DNA from: Octopus sinensis
Taxonomy: Eukaryota
DNA: 64,000 nt
NCBI RefSeq assembly: GCF_006345805.1
Contig: NC_043000.1
Coordinates: 78,802,001-78,866,000 of the forward strand
Reading direction: 5' to 3'
Below are positions 23,940 to 37,380 of this stretch, piece by piece (within the stretch, counting starts at the first letter, position 1; each line of letters opens with the position of its first letter). The notes under the pieces were generated by a model. That model searched no databases and was not told the DNA's origin. It saw only the letters and a list, made by a program, of their open reading frames with translations. The translations under genes were made by a program, and so were the position numbers.

Positions 23940-25467
23940 TCTGGTCTAAAACCAGAGATCACTTAACAACAACAAAAATCCAGTTTTTCTGCGAAGTCGG
24001 AACACGATTTAACTCTACGCAGTCATTATCTTTCGACGATTTGTTTCCGGCCACCACAAACAGTTGTAGAAGGAGCCTCTTTCTTATTCTACAGCCATGA
24101 TGACGAACGCCATCATATCAACGATGCCTTTTCTCCACCTTCGTCATCGCCATCGTCGTCTTTCTACTTCACGTCGTCGTTATCTTCGTCGCCATCATCA
24201 CTAAGAACGATGTTGTCTCAAGTCCACTACAATCGCCACCACCACCGTCGCCTTTCAACGCCGTCGACCTCCACAAGATGTACATAGCAACTCGCGGAAC
24301 TTTAGCGTGCACGCTGTTTGTGCATATGCACACCAAGGACTAACAGCACCGTCTATCTACGAGATTCTTCTGTTCCAGTTAACCTGTCACAGCATTGAAG
24401 CCACAACCGTTACACGATATGTGTCCAATCGGCATCTGCATTTGTGATCTCAACATTCTGTTACAGAACGAACTGCTATTGTGCATCAGGCTATTACAGA
24501 CTGGTAAATTAACTCTTGTCTGGAATAGCTCTGAGAGACATTTTTTCTATGCGCTGTATTTATTTTTTTGCTCGCATTTCACCTTGTATGTATTTTTGTC
24601 GCACACACGTACACACACATAAATGCTATCTCTCACATACATACGTCACACATGCTTTTCTCGCTTGTTTTTTTTCCATGCTAAATTTGCCTTTTGTGGA
24701 CACACCTCATTTCTATAGACCCTAGGTCGGTCACGTATACATAGAGAGGATTGTTTGTCCATTATAACGCGCCAGCATGCCATACTTTTGTTCCTGTACG
24801 AACGAGGCATATAATCGCTCAACCACTGGCATATTCATTGCTGTTTTTTCGGTATGGCAAGCTCTATTGCATTTCCTGTGCCTTTGCTTCGCACGTGTAT
24901 TGCCTTGTTTTTTGCAACACGTTTGCGTTAGCTTAATTCTTTTCCCGACTCATAGAATGTCGGATGTTCACATGCGCTGCGCCATGTATAGGCGTAATTT
25001 CTCCCTGTTTGACCCCTGTTGGTCACGTAATTAACAGAGAAAATTATCTGTGTCGCGCATCACACCAGCATGCTTGCACTTTTGCCTTTTGTGTTACTAG
25101 CGATCTATCTGTCGATTCCATTTCCTCTCCTGCAGCAATTGATTTAACTGCTATTTCGCAGGACCAACCACCTTTAGAGAAGTTGGATTTTAATTTCGCC
25201 TAGGTTCATTAACTGTGAGTTTTGCTTTCCCTCCGCTCCTTTCAGCGGAAGGGTTTATACTTTGTGACGTATACACTTTCATGCATGCACTCTTGATTTT
25301 TGCTCATTGAGTATTTTTTCTCTTTTTCCTTTAGTAAATTTCTTGTGTATGTTATAAATTTTGCCATTTTATTATATTGTGTGCTGTTTGGTTATCTGGT
25401 GTCCACCTTGAGTTTTATAGTCACTACAGGGAATTTTGTGTCGTGCTTACGCACTGGGGTGGAGCTC
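23940..25467 (+). pseudogene. Deleted non-coding internal region of a second Gypsy unit
   Basis: 25090-25280 resembles pol 21720-21760 and 21960-22090; ends in PPT-like cgcactggggtggagctc, homologous to 23481-23499. Confidence 0.65.
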
Positions 25468-26041
25468 TGTAGTGATCCTATACAACGGCGCGCGCTCGCG
25501 CACCGTCCATTTGTATTTCGCGCGTGCGGGGTTGGTGCTTTCACCACCGGAAGAAGAACCCTTTTGCCTACGTAGCAGTTAGCCGAGGCAAGGGGATCGT
25601 AAGACGTTGACCACCAGCGTCCAGCAAGCAGCGGCTTGAGACAGCAGCGACTGAAGGCGACGGTCACGTATATTTTTTCTCCGTCAGAACTAGATTCTAG
25701 CAGCACCTTACCAAAAGGCCTTTAACCAAATTGTTGCAGACCAACATCGTCTCCATTGTTCGCCGCCATCTTTGACCAGTGTCGTTTTGCATTTGAACAC
25801 TTTCTTATTTTACAGAGATAAGGTTCAGCACGACACATTTATACCAAAGGGATACCAGATAACCACTTATTGTTACTGTTACCACATTAGAGAATAAAGT
25901 AGTATATATATTATTTACGTCTGCGTCTTGTTGTTTCTGACTGGTAGAATCCTGGATTATTAAAGCAACGGCTAGTGATTGCCTCTTGTACCCCGAAAGT
26001 ACAAGAGAAGATATATTCACACACACAGTAGCATCACTACA
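25468..26041 (+). mobile_element. LTR-c (574 bp)
   Basis: TGTAGTGAT...ATCACTACA 9-bp terminal IR; AATAAA; U5 hairpin ctcttgtac-cccgaaa-gtacaagag; preceded by a PPT. Confidence 0.8.
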
Positions 26042-26714
26042 ACCTCGATAACCAGGTCGGCTCGCACAATTTCGAGGCTTTCACCGAAGAGTAACAACTC
26101 TGCCTAAACACTCTTAAAATACATGGATTTTTACGAAGGAATACGCCCGAAGATATTCCCGTCAAGTTTGTTAGAATTATTTTTGTAGATAATCGTTTAA
26201 CGTGAAGTGTGTTTGTCTGTGTTTTGTTTAGTCCAGAATTCCTCCGATGTAGCACACCCATCGCATATTTTACTTCTTTTCTTCTACCTGAAATACTGTA
26301 AATCTGTATTTTGATTTGTTTAACAGAGATTTGGCTGCTATTGTAGTAGCTCAAGTAACAACAGAGACACTTCTATGTGTGTGTTTTGTTGTGGTGAACC
26401 CCCCTTTTTCTCAGAATATTTTGCACAATAATTTTTAAAGAAATCTGGACATCTTACGGCTAACCATTTAACTTCTTTCGTTTGTCCCCATGATGACGTA
26501 TCCCCTGCAAAAAATCCGTTGATCATACTGAGCTCAGTGTGTATTTAAATCTAGCTTTTATTTTTAGATCTCTACCTGATAAAGTGCCAAATTTGAGACA
26601 TAATATGACACAAAACTCGATTTAACAAAAATTGTACGCAAACGCAAACAGACTTTTTTCTAGTTAATTTCTTTTTTATTTTCAGATCATTAAAATGTAA
26701 TATCAATCTAAGAA

Positions 26715-27508
26715 AAATGAGTATTTTCGATACCTCATTCTTTTTGCTTTTAATCAAGGTTCTAAGACCGCAAAAGCTGCTGTCGACATTTGTGTGTGTA
26801 TGGAGAGGGTGCCATAACTGAAAGAACCGCTCGTGATTGGCATGCCAAATTCAAAAATGGAAATTTTGACCTGAAAGATTTACCTCGTTCTGGCCGTACA
26901 GTGGAGTTCAATGAAGAGTGATTTAACCAACTCGTCAAAACGAGGGAACTGACAGAGAAAATGGAATGTTTCCACACGGCTTTAGAGGAGCATCTTCACT
27001 CGATGGGAACATTTCAGAAGTATGGAGTGTGGGTTCCGAATGCTTTAAATGACAACAACTAAAATCAACGAGCCACATTCTCCGCTGGTTTGCTTGACCG
27101 TTACCGCTCAACTCATGGACAGAAGCAACGATTTCTTTACCGAATCGTTACTGGCGACGAAAATGGTGCCTGTACATCCATCAAACGCATGCCTGGGAGG
27201 TGTTGCCACACCCGCCGTACTCTCCTGATTTGGCACCAACGTTTTTCCACCTCTTTCGATCTCTTTCAAATGCTATGCGCGGAGTTTCGTTCAATGCTGA
27301 TGCAGAACTGAGAGCTTCGTGGGATCAATATTTCGAGTCGAAATCGGATGACTTCTACCAACGAGGTATTAAAAATCTTGTTGAGCGAGTGAGAAGAAGC
27401 AATAAACAACAAGGATGAATACATTATTAATTAATTAGTTGATATTTGATTAAACCTTAAAAAAAATTAAAATTTGAAACACGGCAGAATTTAATTGCCA
27501 ACCCAATA
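26715..27508 (+). mobile_element. Internally deleted mariner transposon
   Basis: HTH (ERTARDWHAKFKNG..LKDLPRSGR), WVPNAL, RIVTGDE and HPPYSPDLAP motifs; right TIR ...ttgccaacccaa+TA; left TIR not found. Confidence 0.85.
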
Positions 27509-27733
27509 TATGTGTGTGTGTGCGTATGTGTGTGTACCCATACAGACGTATCTACACGCCCACGGCTATACCCCATACATATGTATATAACTAAAGTCAC
27601 ATATTCATGCTGATACCCCCATACACGGATACCTATATATGCATATGCACTTAAGTACACACGCTTATGTATACACTCACACACACATATACACATACAA
27701 ATACATACATATATAAAAAGTTATATATATATA

Positions 27734-27905
27734 TATATAATATTAATTCGAGACAAAACCACTATTTTGCAAAACAAACAAGGAAAGACTTAATCAATAC
27801 ATAAAAATTTTTTAATATAAAGAAATAAAAATTTTTATGTATTGATTAAGTCTTTCCTTGTTTGTTTTGCAAAATAGTGGTTTTGTCTCGAATTAATATT
27901 ATATA
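27734..27905. repeat. Perfect 79-bp inverted repeat with 14-nt loop
   Basis: 27734-27812 is the reverse complement of 27827-27905. Confidence 0.95.
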
Positions 27906-27985
27906 ATATTTTACTATAAAATTGGATTTAATCCTAAATCTGATTTTTTCCCTGTAAATTTGGATTTATTCCCTAATATTTATTA

Positions 27986-28039
<54 letters not shown>

Positions 28040-28497
28040 GAAATTAAAGGTGGAAAATGCACACACTACATCGTTTTAATATAATTTTTAACATATCTCA
28101 TATTTTTATCGACCCGTTTCACTTTCGCAAACATGACATTAAGATTTATTTAAACACGTATTCTCTTAAGAAAATTGTTTTGTCCATGTTGTATGTGGAG
28201 TTTATGAATGAATGATTCAACAAGTAGGAAAATCTAAGGGGAGCTAATTGGTAATCGTTATTATTGTGGACAGGGAATATAATTATTCATCTTTCGAGTG
28301 GGTAGAAATATATATATATATACACAAAAATACAAAATCTAGAGTAGTGGGGGAGAAATATGTACAGTGATGGGTATGTAATCGTGAATTAAAATATATA
28401 TAGACATCAAAGTTGGTTATGCGTGCATATTTAGTCGTCTTCTGTATTTTTAGATGAATAGATTTTCCTATTTAAACATTATTGCAAACATTATTGG

Positions 28498-28915
28498 CGA
28501 CGTATCCTTCAACCAAAAGTTGTTCACTTTTTAATAGTGTGTGTTTTTACAACAACATTTACCATTTATTGGAAAGCTGTATTTCAAGTGTTCACATGAA
28601 GTGAAATTTTTTTCTCATTGTGAGAAAACGTATCCTACCACCAAAAGTTGTCTGCTGTTTGTAAATAGAGTGTATTTTTAAAAGTACGTTTACCAATAAT
28701 TGGAAAGCTGTATTTCAAGTGGAGCAGTCCAGGTTCTATTCGGAGAACCGTAGGGCTTGGAGTACCTGAATTCCCAGAAGATTTCTTACTGTGTTTTGTT
28801 GAACTGTTGTTTTCTTCTTCTATTGGGACTTTCTTATTGAACTGTTTGCTTTTTCTCTTCTTCCCTATATTTCCTTTTGATTTCTCTCTTTTCTTTGAGG
28901 GTAAAGAAATTTGGT
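28498..28915 (+). repeat. Dispersed repeat (5' region of Tx1-like family) with ~130-bp internal direct duplication
   Basis: Reverse complement of 51525-51860; cgtatcct..ccaaaagttgt...ttggaaagctgtatttcaagtg occurs twice. Confidence 0.7.
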
Positions 28916-29359
28916 TTCTCCTCTGACTCTGTGAAAGTTTCTAGTTCGAATCACACTTTTCTCGAGATGTGCCGAAGATTTTCTATTTTGGACATATTTG
29001 GCGTACTTTTGGATATATTTGGCTCAGGACTTACTGCTTGCTTGTCCATGGGTAAGTATTTCATTTATGTCTTATGTATTTATCACTGAGGAGGGGAAAA
29101 TTCTTATGAATTAACCCCGAAATTGGGACCAATACGGTAATAACGGATTTTTTAGAAATTTCTATCGGCTTGTTTCGAGACGCATAAATTATAATGATTA
29201 TTGACAATTTTGTCTTTTTTTCGGCATACTTGGCATTAGAATTTTTCTTTTGCCCTTATTTTATAAGTTATTTATAAAATTAACCTTTAAAGTTACTTTT
29301 TGATGTGCTGGCCGTTGATAAAATGTTTTGTTTTCGAAGAAATTTTATCCTACATTAGT

Positions 29360-29403
<44 letters not shown>

Positions 29404-29497
29404 ATCCAAACAAGGAAACACAGAAAAAAAAAACACCAACGCGAGGACGTGGAACACTTAAAGTATTATTTGACGCTCAGGAAAGAAAGGAAGGAGA

Positions 29498-29532
29498 GTT
29501 TAACGTTTCGAGCGGAGCTCTTCGTCGGAAGC
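29498..29532 (-). ncRNA. Minimal hammerhead-like motif with variant core
   Basis: Minus strand CCGACGA-A-GAGC-tcc-GCTC-GAAACGTT; weak stem I; flanked by (TA)n. Confidence 0.45.
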
Positions 29533-29679
29533 AAAGGAGAAGGAAAGATCCCGAGAAGGGAAGACAGAGGAAAAAAAATTTTTTGCTGGTGGTGCTCAAG
29601 AGATCACATGTTGAATGAACATAAGTTGAAAGGTAGACGAATCATGATTTTTAAAAAACAAGAGAGTTTCAAAGACAAG

Positions 29680-30820
29680 GAATGTGTGTGGGTGCGCGTG
29701 TGTGTGTGTGTGTGCAAGGATGACAAGTGTGTTTGTGCGTGCGTGTGTGTGTGTATGTATGGTGAATAACAGGCATGGCAGGCCAGCTGTCATAAAGGAG
29801 TGGCACTTTTTTGTGTCCAGCAAGGTCAAAACCAGGTCGAAAACAAAGGGGTATATGTGTGTGCGTGTAAGTATATGTATCGTGTGTGTGTGTTGTTTGT
29901 AGTATGTGTGTGTGCATGTGTGTGTTCGTGTGTGTATGCGTAGAGTTTGGGTGTGTGGCGAGTAACTTAGTGTATGTGTGCGTGTGTGCTTGTACGTGCG
30001 TGTGTGTGTAGAGATGTATGTGTGGGTTCATTTGTGTGAGTGTGTATGTATGTGCGTGTATGTGTGAGTTTGTATGTGTTTATGTGTATGTGTGCGTGCG
30101 CGGATAGGTGTATATTGTGTATGTATATCTGTCGGTGTGTATGTGAGTTTGTGTGTTTGTACGTGTGTATGTGTGCGTGCGTGTATAGTATATATATGTA
30201 ACTGTGTGTGTGTGTGTGCGTGTGTGTGTATGTGCGTACGAGTGAATGTATGTATATATGTGTGTGTGTGTACAATGTAGAGGCTTATATGTGTGTTTAT
30301 ATGTTTATATGTGTGTATGTATGTATGTATATATGTGTGTATGTGTGTAAGTGTGTGTGTGCATGCGTGTATGTGTGTATGTGTGTATGTATGTATGTAT
30401 GTACATGTATTTGTGTGTATGTATGTATCTGTGTATCTATGTGTGTACGTATGTATATGTATGTTTGTATGTGTGTATGTGTGTATGTGTATGTGCATGT
30501 ATGTGTGTATATGTATGTGTGTGTATGTATGTATGTGTGTATGTGTGTATATGTGCGTATGTATGTATGTATGTATGTGTGTGTATGTATGTATGGGTGT
30601 ATGTGTGTGTGTATGTGTGTATATGTGTGTGTATGTATGTGTGTGTATGTATGTGTGTGTGTATATATATGTGTATATGTGTGTATGTGTGTGTATGTGT
30701 ATGTATGTATGTATATGTATGCGGGTTTGTATGTATGTGTGTATGTGTGTGTGTATGTGTGTATGTATGTATGTACACACACACACACACATATATATAT
30801 ATGTATATACATATATATAC

Positions 30821-30861
<41 letters not shown>

Positions 30862-30940
30862 CATACATATATGTATATATATATACATACATATATATAT
30901 ATGTATATATATATATATGTGTGTATGTGTGTTTGTGTTT
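29680..30940. repeat. ~1.25-kb compound (TG)/(TATG)/(TA) microsatellite
   Basis: Direct reading; generates the long YIHT/CVCM ORFs. Confidence 0.97.
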
Positions 30941-31131
30941 AATAAAAAAATTGCTTGCCAACAACTTGGTTCCAGTTTCAATTCCACTGTGCGATTGCAG
31001 CCTGTGCAAGTGTCTTCTTTTCTAGCTCCGGGTCGAGAAAGTCTTGTCAGGTTATTTGGTAGACAGAAACTAAAATCGACCATTCGTGTACGTAGGTATG
31101 TCCGTATGTATATGCTATGTATGTGTGTATG

Positions 31132-31223
<92 letters not shown>

Positions 31224-32170
31224 TTACATATATACATGTGCGTGCGTGTGTGTATAATCTCAACTTGTACCGAGATGGAAGAGTCAAAATACATTCTATA
31301 CATTTTGTGTAAAATATCCTAAATGATAAATTTTGGAATTTAATCTTAACCTCAGCAAAACGTTCATTTCTGTATGATGTAGTTGATTTGTTCCTCAACA
31401 AAAACACGTTTGAAACAGCTGTAGTGAACTTCAGCGTAAGTATGTTTTTATTACACAGACGCACACACACAGATACACACACACACACACACGCACTCAC
31501 TCCCCCCCACACATGCACACAGCGTGTTCAGGTTACATTTGAGCGTTTGAGCAATAGGAAACGAAAACAACATCCCATCCAAACATAAAACATTTTAAAT
31601 ATATAAATCTATCAACTAGATTAGGGCTGGGATACAATAGTTTACTCAAAGTAGTAGTCATCAACTTCCACTACGGCTTCAAGAAGCTTTGAAAAGTAGC
31701 GCATGCGTTCTTCAGTATATCCCGGGAAAACATTCGAACACCTTGATCTTGGCTACCAATTGGGCCTTGAAGAACAGAACAGTCATAGAATCTAGGGAAT
31801 TCGAAGAGAGAAGATAATTGATATGCACACCAGCTGGTATCAAAAAGTGTGGCTAAATAACAAGCTAAGTTGTGTATGGCACACGAAGGCATGGATGTGC
31901 ATGATAGCCAACTATTGTGGGCGATCAAATACAAAATGACTTCCACATTCTCTGCTCTGACCCTGCAAAGCATTCTGGATATAACATCTAGAAAGAGAGT
32001 TGCGCCGGCCATTTGGTTGGCACTTGTTGCAGTAGAGCAGACCAGAGCAATTATGGGCCGTACTCAAAGAGACAATAGGTCAATAACTTTAAATACTAAG
32101 TCATGCATATTCATTTATTTACAATATATAAATATATATTGAGTTCTCATTCCTAAGGTATTTTTCGATA

Positions 32171-32217
<47 letters not shown>

Positions 32218-32221
32218 GTTG

Positions 32222-32276
<55 letters not shown>

Positions 32277-32589
32277 TAGTAGTAGTAGTAGTAGTAGTAG
32301 TAGTAGGCTCGGGTCATCAGCCCGCGTCGATCACGTGTCTGCCGTTTGTACACACCTCTGGTGAGGTCCTCGGATATGGCCGGTGAGTCCGCATACGCTT
32401 ATTCAGGTAACTACCTGGAATCGAACTAGAAATCTTGAGGCTAGTAACCCGCGCTCTTAACCACTATGCCATATGCTCATGGGCAATTATGGTGTGAATT
32501 TTAGGACATGGTGTGTATCACGATCACTACTTGTATTCTTTGCTCGATGTTTTAGGCACTGAGCAATTCCTCTCTTTATACCGTATGGA

Positions 32590-32850
32590 TGGTGGTAATT
32601 GATGTCGAGGTATCGTCCAATGAAGGTTGGCTTGCGCTATACGAATGTCCTGGATCCATACTTGGTGCGTGTTGTTAATACGTTCAGGAATTCCAGCTGA
32701 TTGTCTTTTTCCTTTCCCAATGTGAACTCTTTAGATGATTTTATTGAGTTCGATTGATCTTAGTGGGTCCAGAGTATTAAGGTGTCATCAACATATCGCA
32801 GCCATAGGGATGGTTTTAGTGGTGCTGATCCTAAAGCCAAGTTACATGCA
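32590..32850 (-). pseudogene. Penelope-type RT fragment
   Basis: LGSAPLKPSLWLRYVDDTLILW...LEFLNVL...RKPTFIGRYL on the minus strand. Confidence 0.7.
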
Positions 32851-32923
32851 TGTATCCTTAGTTACAAACACACACACATATAAACTTATACACGCGCAGA
32901 TACAGAGAGAGACACTTGCACAT

Positions 32924-32982
<59 letters not shown>

Positions 32983-33010
32983 AATAAGCAACATGGATAT
33001 CCAAGGTAAC

Positions 33011-33096
33011 GTAGTACAATCTTTTCATGCTGCTTTATTTTATTAAACAATGTAAATATTACATCAGTTTTAAAATGTAAAGCAATCTTCAGCCAC
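33011..33096 (-). ncRNA. Hammerhead-like motif (family of 16550-16637), stem III mutated
   Basis: Core CTGAAGA at 33092-33086; GAAA-A-GATT-GTA (a C>A change breaks one stem III pair). Confidence 0.45.
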
Positions 33097-36000
33097 ATCA
33101 TAAGCAGTTGTCCTAAAATTTCATCACAGTATTATCTACCGATGAGACATGATGTTGTAGCTAGGACGCTCTATATTAAAACCGGTCAGAATGATAACTC
33201 TGAGGACAAACAAATAAGAACCCACAATATGGTAGAAGCCATAGCCAATCATATTAAATAGGAGTAATGGTGGAACCTCCCAGTGAAGAAGTCAATAGAA
33301 CTGTAAGCACAACACACCTGATATAATGATTTGGGATAGAGAAACTGTGTTGAGTTGGAGAAATTAGCTGCCCAGCGGATGTTAGCATAAAGCTGAAGAT
33401 CAGTAAAAAGGAGAATACCTACACTGAATTATTGAGAAATCTGCAGTTACTCTATCCAGATTACAAGTTCAGGTTTATACCTGTAATCATTGGGGCTCTG
33501 GTCTATGTAAAACATTGCCTAAATACCAGTCTTGAGAAAATTAGGCTTCTCAAAACCAGAAAGGAGAAAGCTAATTCGAAGACTACTGTCCCAATCCATC
33601 ACTAGAACTGTTAAAATCTGCAAAAATTTCCAGAAGTTTATCATTTAAATATATATGAGCATGTCTAGATATGCAACTATATTCTTGAGAATATGTACAT
33701 AAGACAAAACATACAAATCTGCACATATATATACATGCATACATACATACATACATACATACATACATACATAATACATACATACATACATACAACATAC
33801 ATACATACATGCATGCATACATACATACATACATACATACATACATACATACATACATACATACATACAAAAATACCCTGTGTTTGATGTTGAAATTCCA
33901 ATGAAGGAGCCTTGGATCTAGGTTAGAAACCGGATCTTTCTCTATTGGCAAGAGTTCTGAGCAATAACATACATATATACATACATACTTACATACATAT
34001 GTACACGCATACATAAATACAAAGTGCCTGATACATTAGTTACTGCCACTGAGAGGATTACAAAGGACTGGCGAACAATTTTCACACTCATTGACCAACA
34101 AAACACTTATAATTTTATGGATAACCTGAAGAGTTCACATGATCTAACAGCACTTGGACATCTTCCTGGTGGGGCCAGAGTATAGAAGTGTCATCAACAT
34201 ATCGCAGCCATAGTGTTGGTTTTAGTAGTGTTGATCCTAAAGCCAAATTCTCAAAGTATATATTGGATTTTATCGGTGATAATGGCGGACACATAGCTAA
34301 GCCCCTTTCATAATGTTTCTGAACAAACATTACAAAGGATTAAAAACAGGTTGGTTAAATTTTTCTCCCCCTCTCTCTCCCCCTTTCCCCCTTCCTCTCC
34401 TCCCCCTCCCCTCCCCCCTCTTCTCCTCTTCCCCCCTCTCCTTCTTCCTCCTGCTTTCTCCACCTTCTTCTCCTCTCTGCCGCCTCTCTATGCTCCAAAC
34501 ACGCTACGCTTCATTATCCATTTGAATCAACTCTTCCATCAATTTCTTTCTGATACCAAACTTCGTAAACTCCAATCACTCTTCCATTCCACCCTACCCG
34601 ACGCCACTACCCCAACTCCTCCACTACCCTTCTCCCCACCCGATAGGCTCCATCCACCCACACCTAACCCCACTGCCCCTCCCTACAACCCCTTCTCCCC
34701 TCCCGATAGGCTCCATCCACCTACACCTAACCCTACTGCCCCCCCCAACCACCCCCACACACCTCCCCAATCCCTCCCTCTCAGAACTCCACGAAACCTA
34801 CCACCCCTCCTACTTCTATTCCACCCACCCCTTCTCCACTTCCGTCTGTTGTTACCATTCGCCCCGATCTTCCCCTCTCTGCGGCTGAACGCTCCGTCCT
34901 TGGTAGGGGTCTGCGTTTCATCCCCCTCACTCCATCCTGTAAGGAATTCCAGACGCGAGTTGATGTCCACAGCTTTGTGCGCCGTGTCCGGTTGGGTGCG
35001 CATTACCACGACTCGCCACCCACACCCAACGAAGAGGACTGCTTCACTGGCCTGGGCCGCCGACCATCCCCGTGGACGCCTGCCCCTGGCCAGATCCTAG
35101 CAGTGGATCTTTTCGCGGGCGCTTGTCAGCGTGCATTGGAGCGGTTCAACTTCTCCAGGCGCCAACGCCGCCTCAACATCTCCCCGGCTGAGCTCTTGGC
35201 TCTTCGTTCCCTCCAACGGCGCGCTGACATTATCATCAAACCGGCTGACTAGGGTGGAGCTGTAGTGGTGTGGCGCGCGGACCTCTATAGGGCCGAGGCT
35301 TTCCGCCAACTCAATGACACCTCCTTCTACTCCCCTCTGCCCTCTAACCCCACACGTAGCTACCAACAGACGGTATCCTCTACTGTCCGCCACCTCATCT
35401 CGTCCTCCCGTCTCCCCCACACCGCATCTAACCTAATTGTGCGAACCCCACGTACCCCCACCATTTACTTCCTCCCCAAAATCCACAAACCCAACAACCC
35501 TGGCCGCCCCATCGTCTCCGCCTGTAACTGCCCCACGGAGCTCATCTCTAAATACCTCGACCGTGTCCTTGCCCCCCTAGTGGCATCTCTTCCCTCCCAC
35601 ATCCACGATACCAACCATGCTCTCCGGCTTTTCAACTCTTTCTCCTTTCCTCCCGGCTCCTCCAAAATCCTTTTTACTATGGACATCCAAAGCCTCTATA
35701 CTGTTATCCCTCACCACGAAGGACTGCAGGCCCTTCGACACTTTCTTGACCTCCGCTCCAACCCTGTACCTGACACCTCCACACTCATTCGTCTGGCCGA
35801 ACTTGTCCTTACTCTGAACTGCTTCTCGTTCGCGGGCGAGTTCTACCATCAGGTCTCGGGAGTGGCCATGGGAACGCGAATGGGCCCCAACTATGCGAAC
35901 CTGTTCGTTGGCTATGTTGAGGCCCAAATATTCTCTAATTTCACTGGTCCCACTCCTGAACTATATGGTCGTTACATTGACGACATTATCGGTGCCACCT

Positions 36001-37380
36001 CACTCTCCCGTGAACATCTAGATTCCTTCCTCTCTTTCGTCCAATCTTTCCATCCAGCCCTCCACTTCACTTCCACTATCTCCAACCCCTCTGTCTCCTT
36101 CCTCGACATTTCGGTTAGCATTCTTCACTCCACTCTTACCACCTCCATTCACTACAAACACACAGACTCACACTCATACCTCAACTTCTCTTCCTCCCAC
36201 CCAGAACACACCAAGCTTTCCATCCCCTATTCCAATTCCTCCGTCTACGTAGGCTCTGTAGTGACGACCATGACTTTGAGACTCAGTCTCAACGTATGGC
36301 TCACCACTTCACCCTACGTGGATACCCCCTCACCACTATCCACACCGCCCTTGCCAGAGCACGGTCCGTGGACCGTGTATCTGCTCTCTCTCCCCGAACC
36401 CGCCCTGTAGTCTCCCGCCTCCCTTTTCCCCTCACTTACCACCCCACGACCCTACCTCTCCAACGCACCATTCTTCGAGCTTTCCGTCATCTCCAGTCCG
36501 ACCCGTCCACTTCACACCTCTTCCCTAACCGACCCCTCCCCTCTTTCAAACGAGCCCACAACCTTCGAGACCTTTTGGTCCATAGCTCCTTCCCTGACTC
36601 TACCTCCCAACCCGGCTCGTTCCCCTGCTCCCGCCCACGTTGCCGCACTTGCCCTTACCTCTCCAACACCACCCTCCTCACTAGCACCCACCATCGACCC
36701 TATCCCATCATCCACTCCTTTACCTGCACCTCCAGCAATATTATCTATTGTGTCTCTTGCTCTCTCTGCCATTCCTTGTACATCGGACAAACGGGACGCC
36801 GCTTGGCTGACCGGTTCGCGGAACACCTTCGTGACATCCACCTTGCGAACGACACACCGGTCTCACGCCATTTCCGCTCCACCGGTCACTCCTTGCAACA
36901 CCTATCTGTGTTCGGTTTGTCCTTACACAGAGGCCATCCGGATTCCCGTTTGCGCCGTGAACAGGAATTAATCTTCTCTCTTCGCTCTTATACGCCTTTT
37001 GGTCTCAACTCCCCCCCTCCTCATTTAACCCCCCTCCTCCTCACCTACCTTCCCCCCGACCCCTACTTCTTCAGTCCTTCATCCTTTCACCCCTACCCCT
37101 TCCCTTCTTCCCTCTTTCTCCCTCCCTCCTTCCCTCTTCCCCTTCCCTCTGCTCCTCACTCCCCTTCTCTCTCCACCTCTCCCTCTTTCCTCCTTCCTCC
37201 TCCCCTCCTCCTCCCCTCCTGCCCCTCCCCCCTCCCCCCTACCATCCCATCTTCACCTCTTCCCCCCTCTTCCCCCCTCTCCTCCCCCTCCCCCTCTTCT
37301 CCTCTCTCCACACTACACCACACGACTTTACACATCACATCATATATGATGTGCCATACTAATACATACACCAACTAATA

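Noticed and set aside
17280-26050. Target-site duplication around the LTR chain
   Set aside because: The flank after 26041 (acctc) does not match the bases before any candidate 5' LTR start.
30028-31518. Long ORFs rich in YI/HT/CV (also 18204-18821, 30208-31168, 37955-38566)
   Set aside because: Translations of (TA)n/(CA)n/(TATG)n microsatellites that lack stops by construction.
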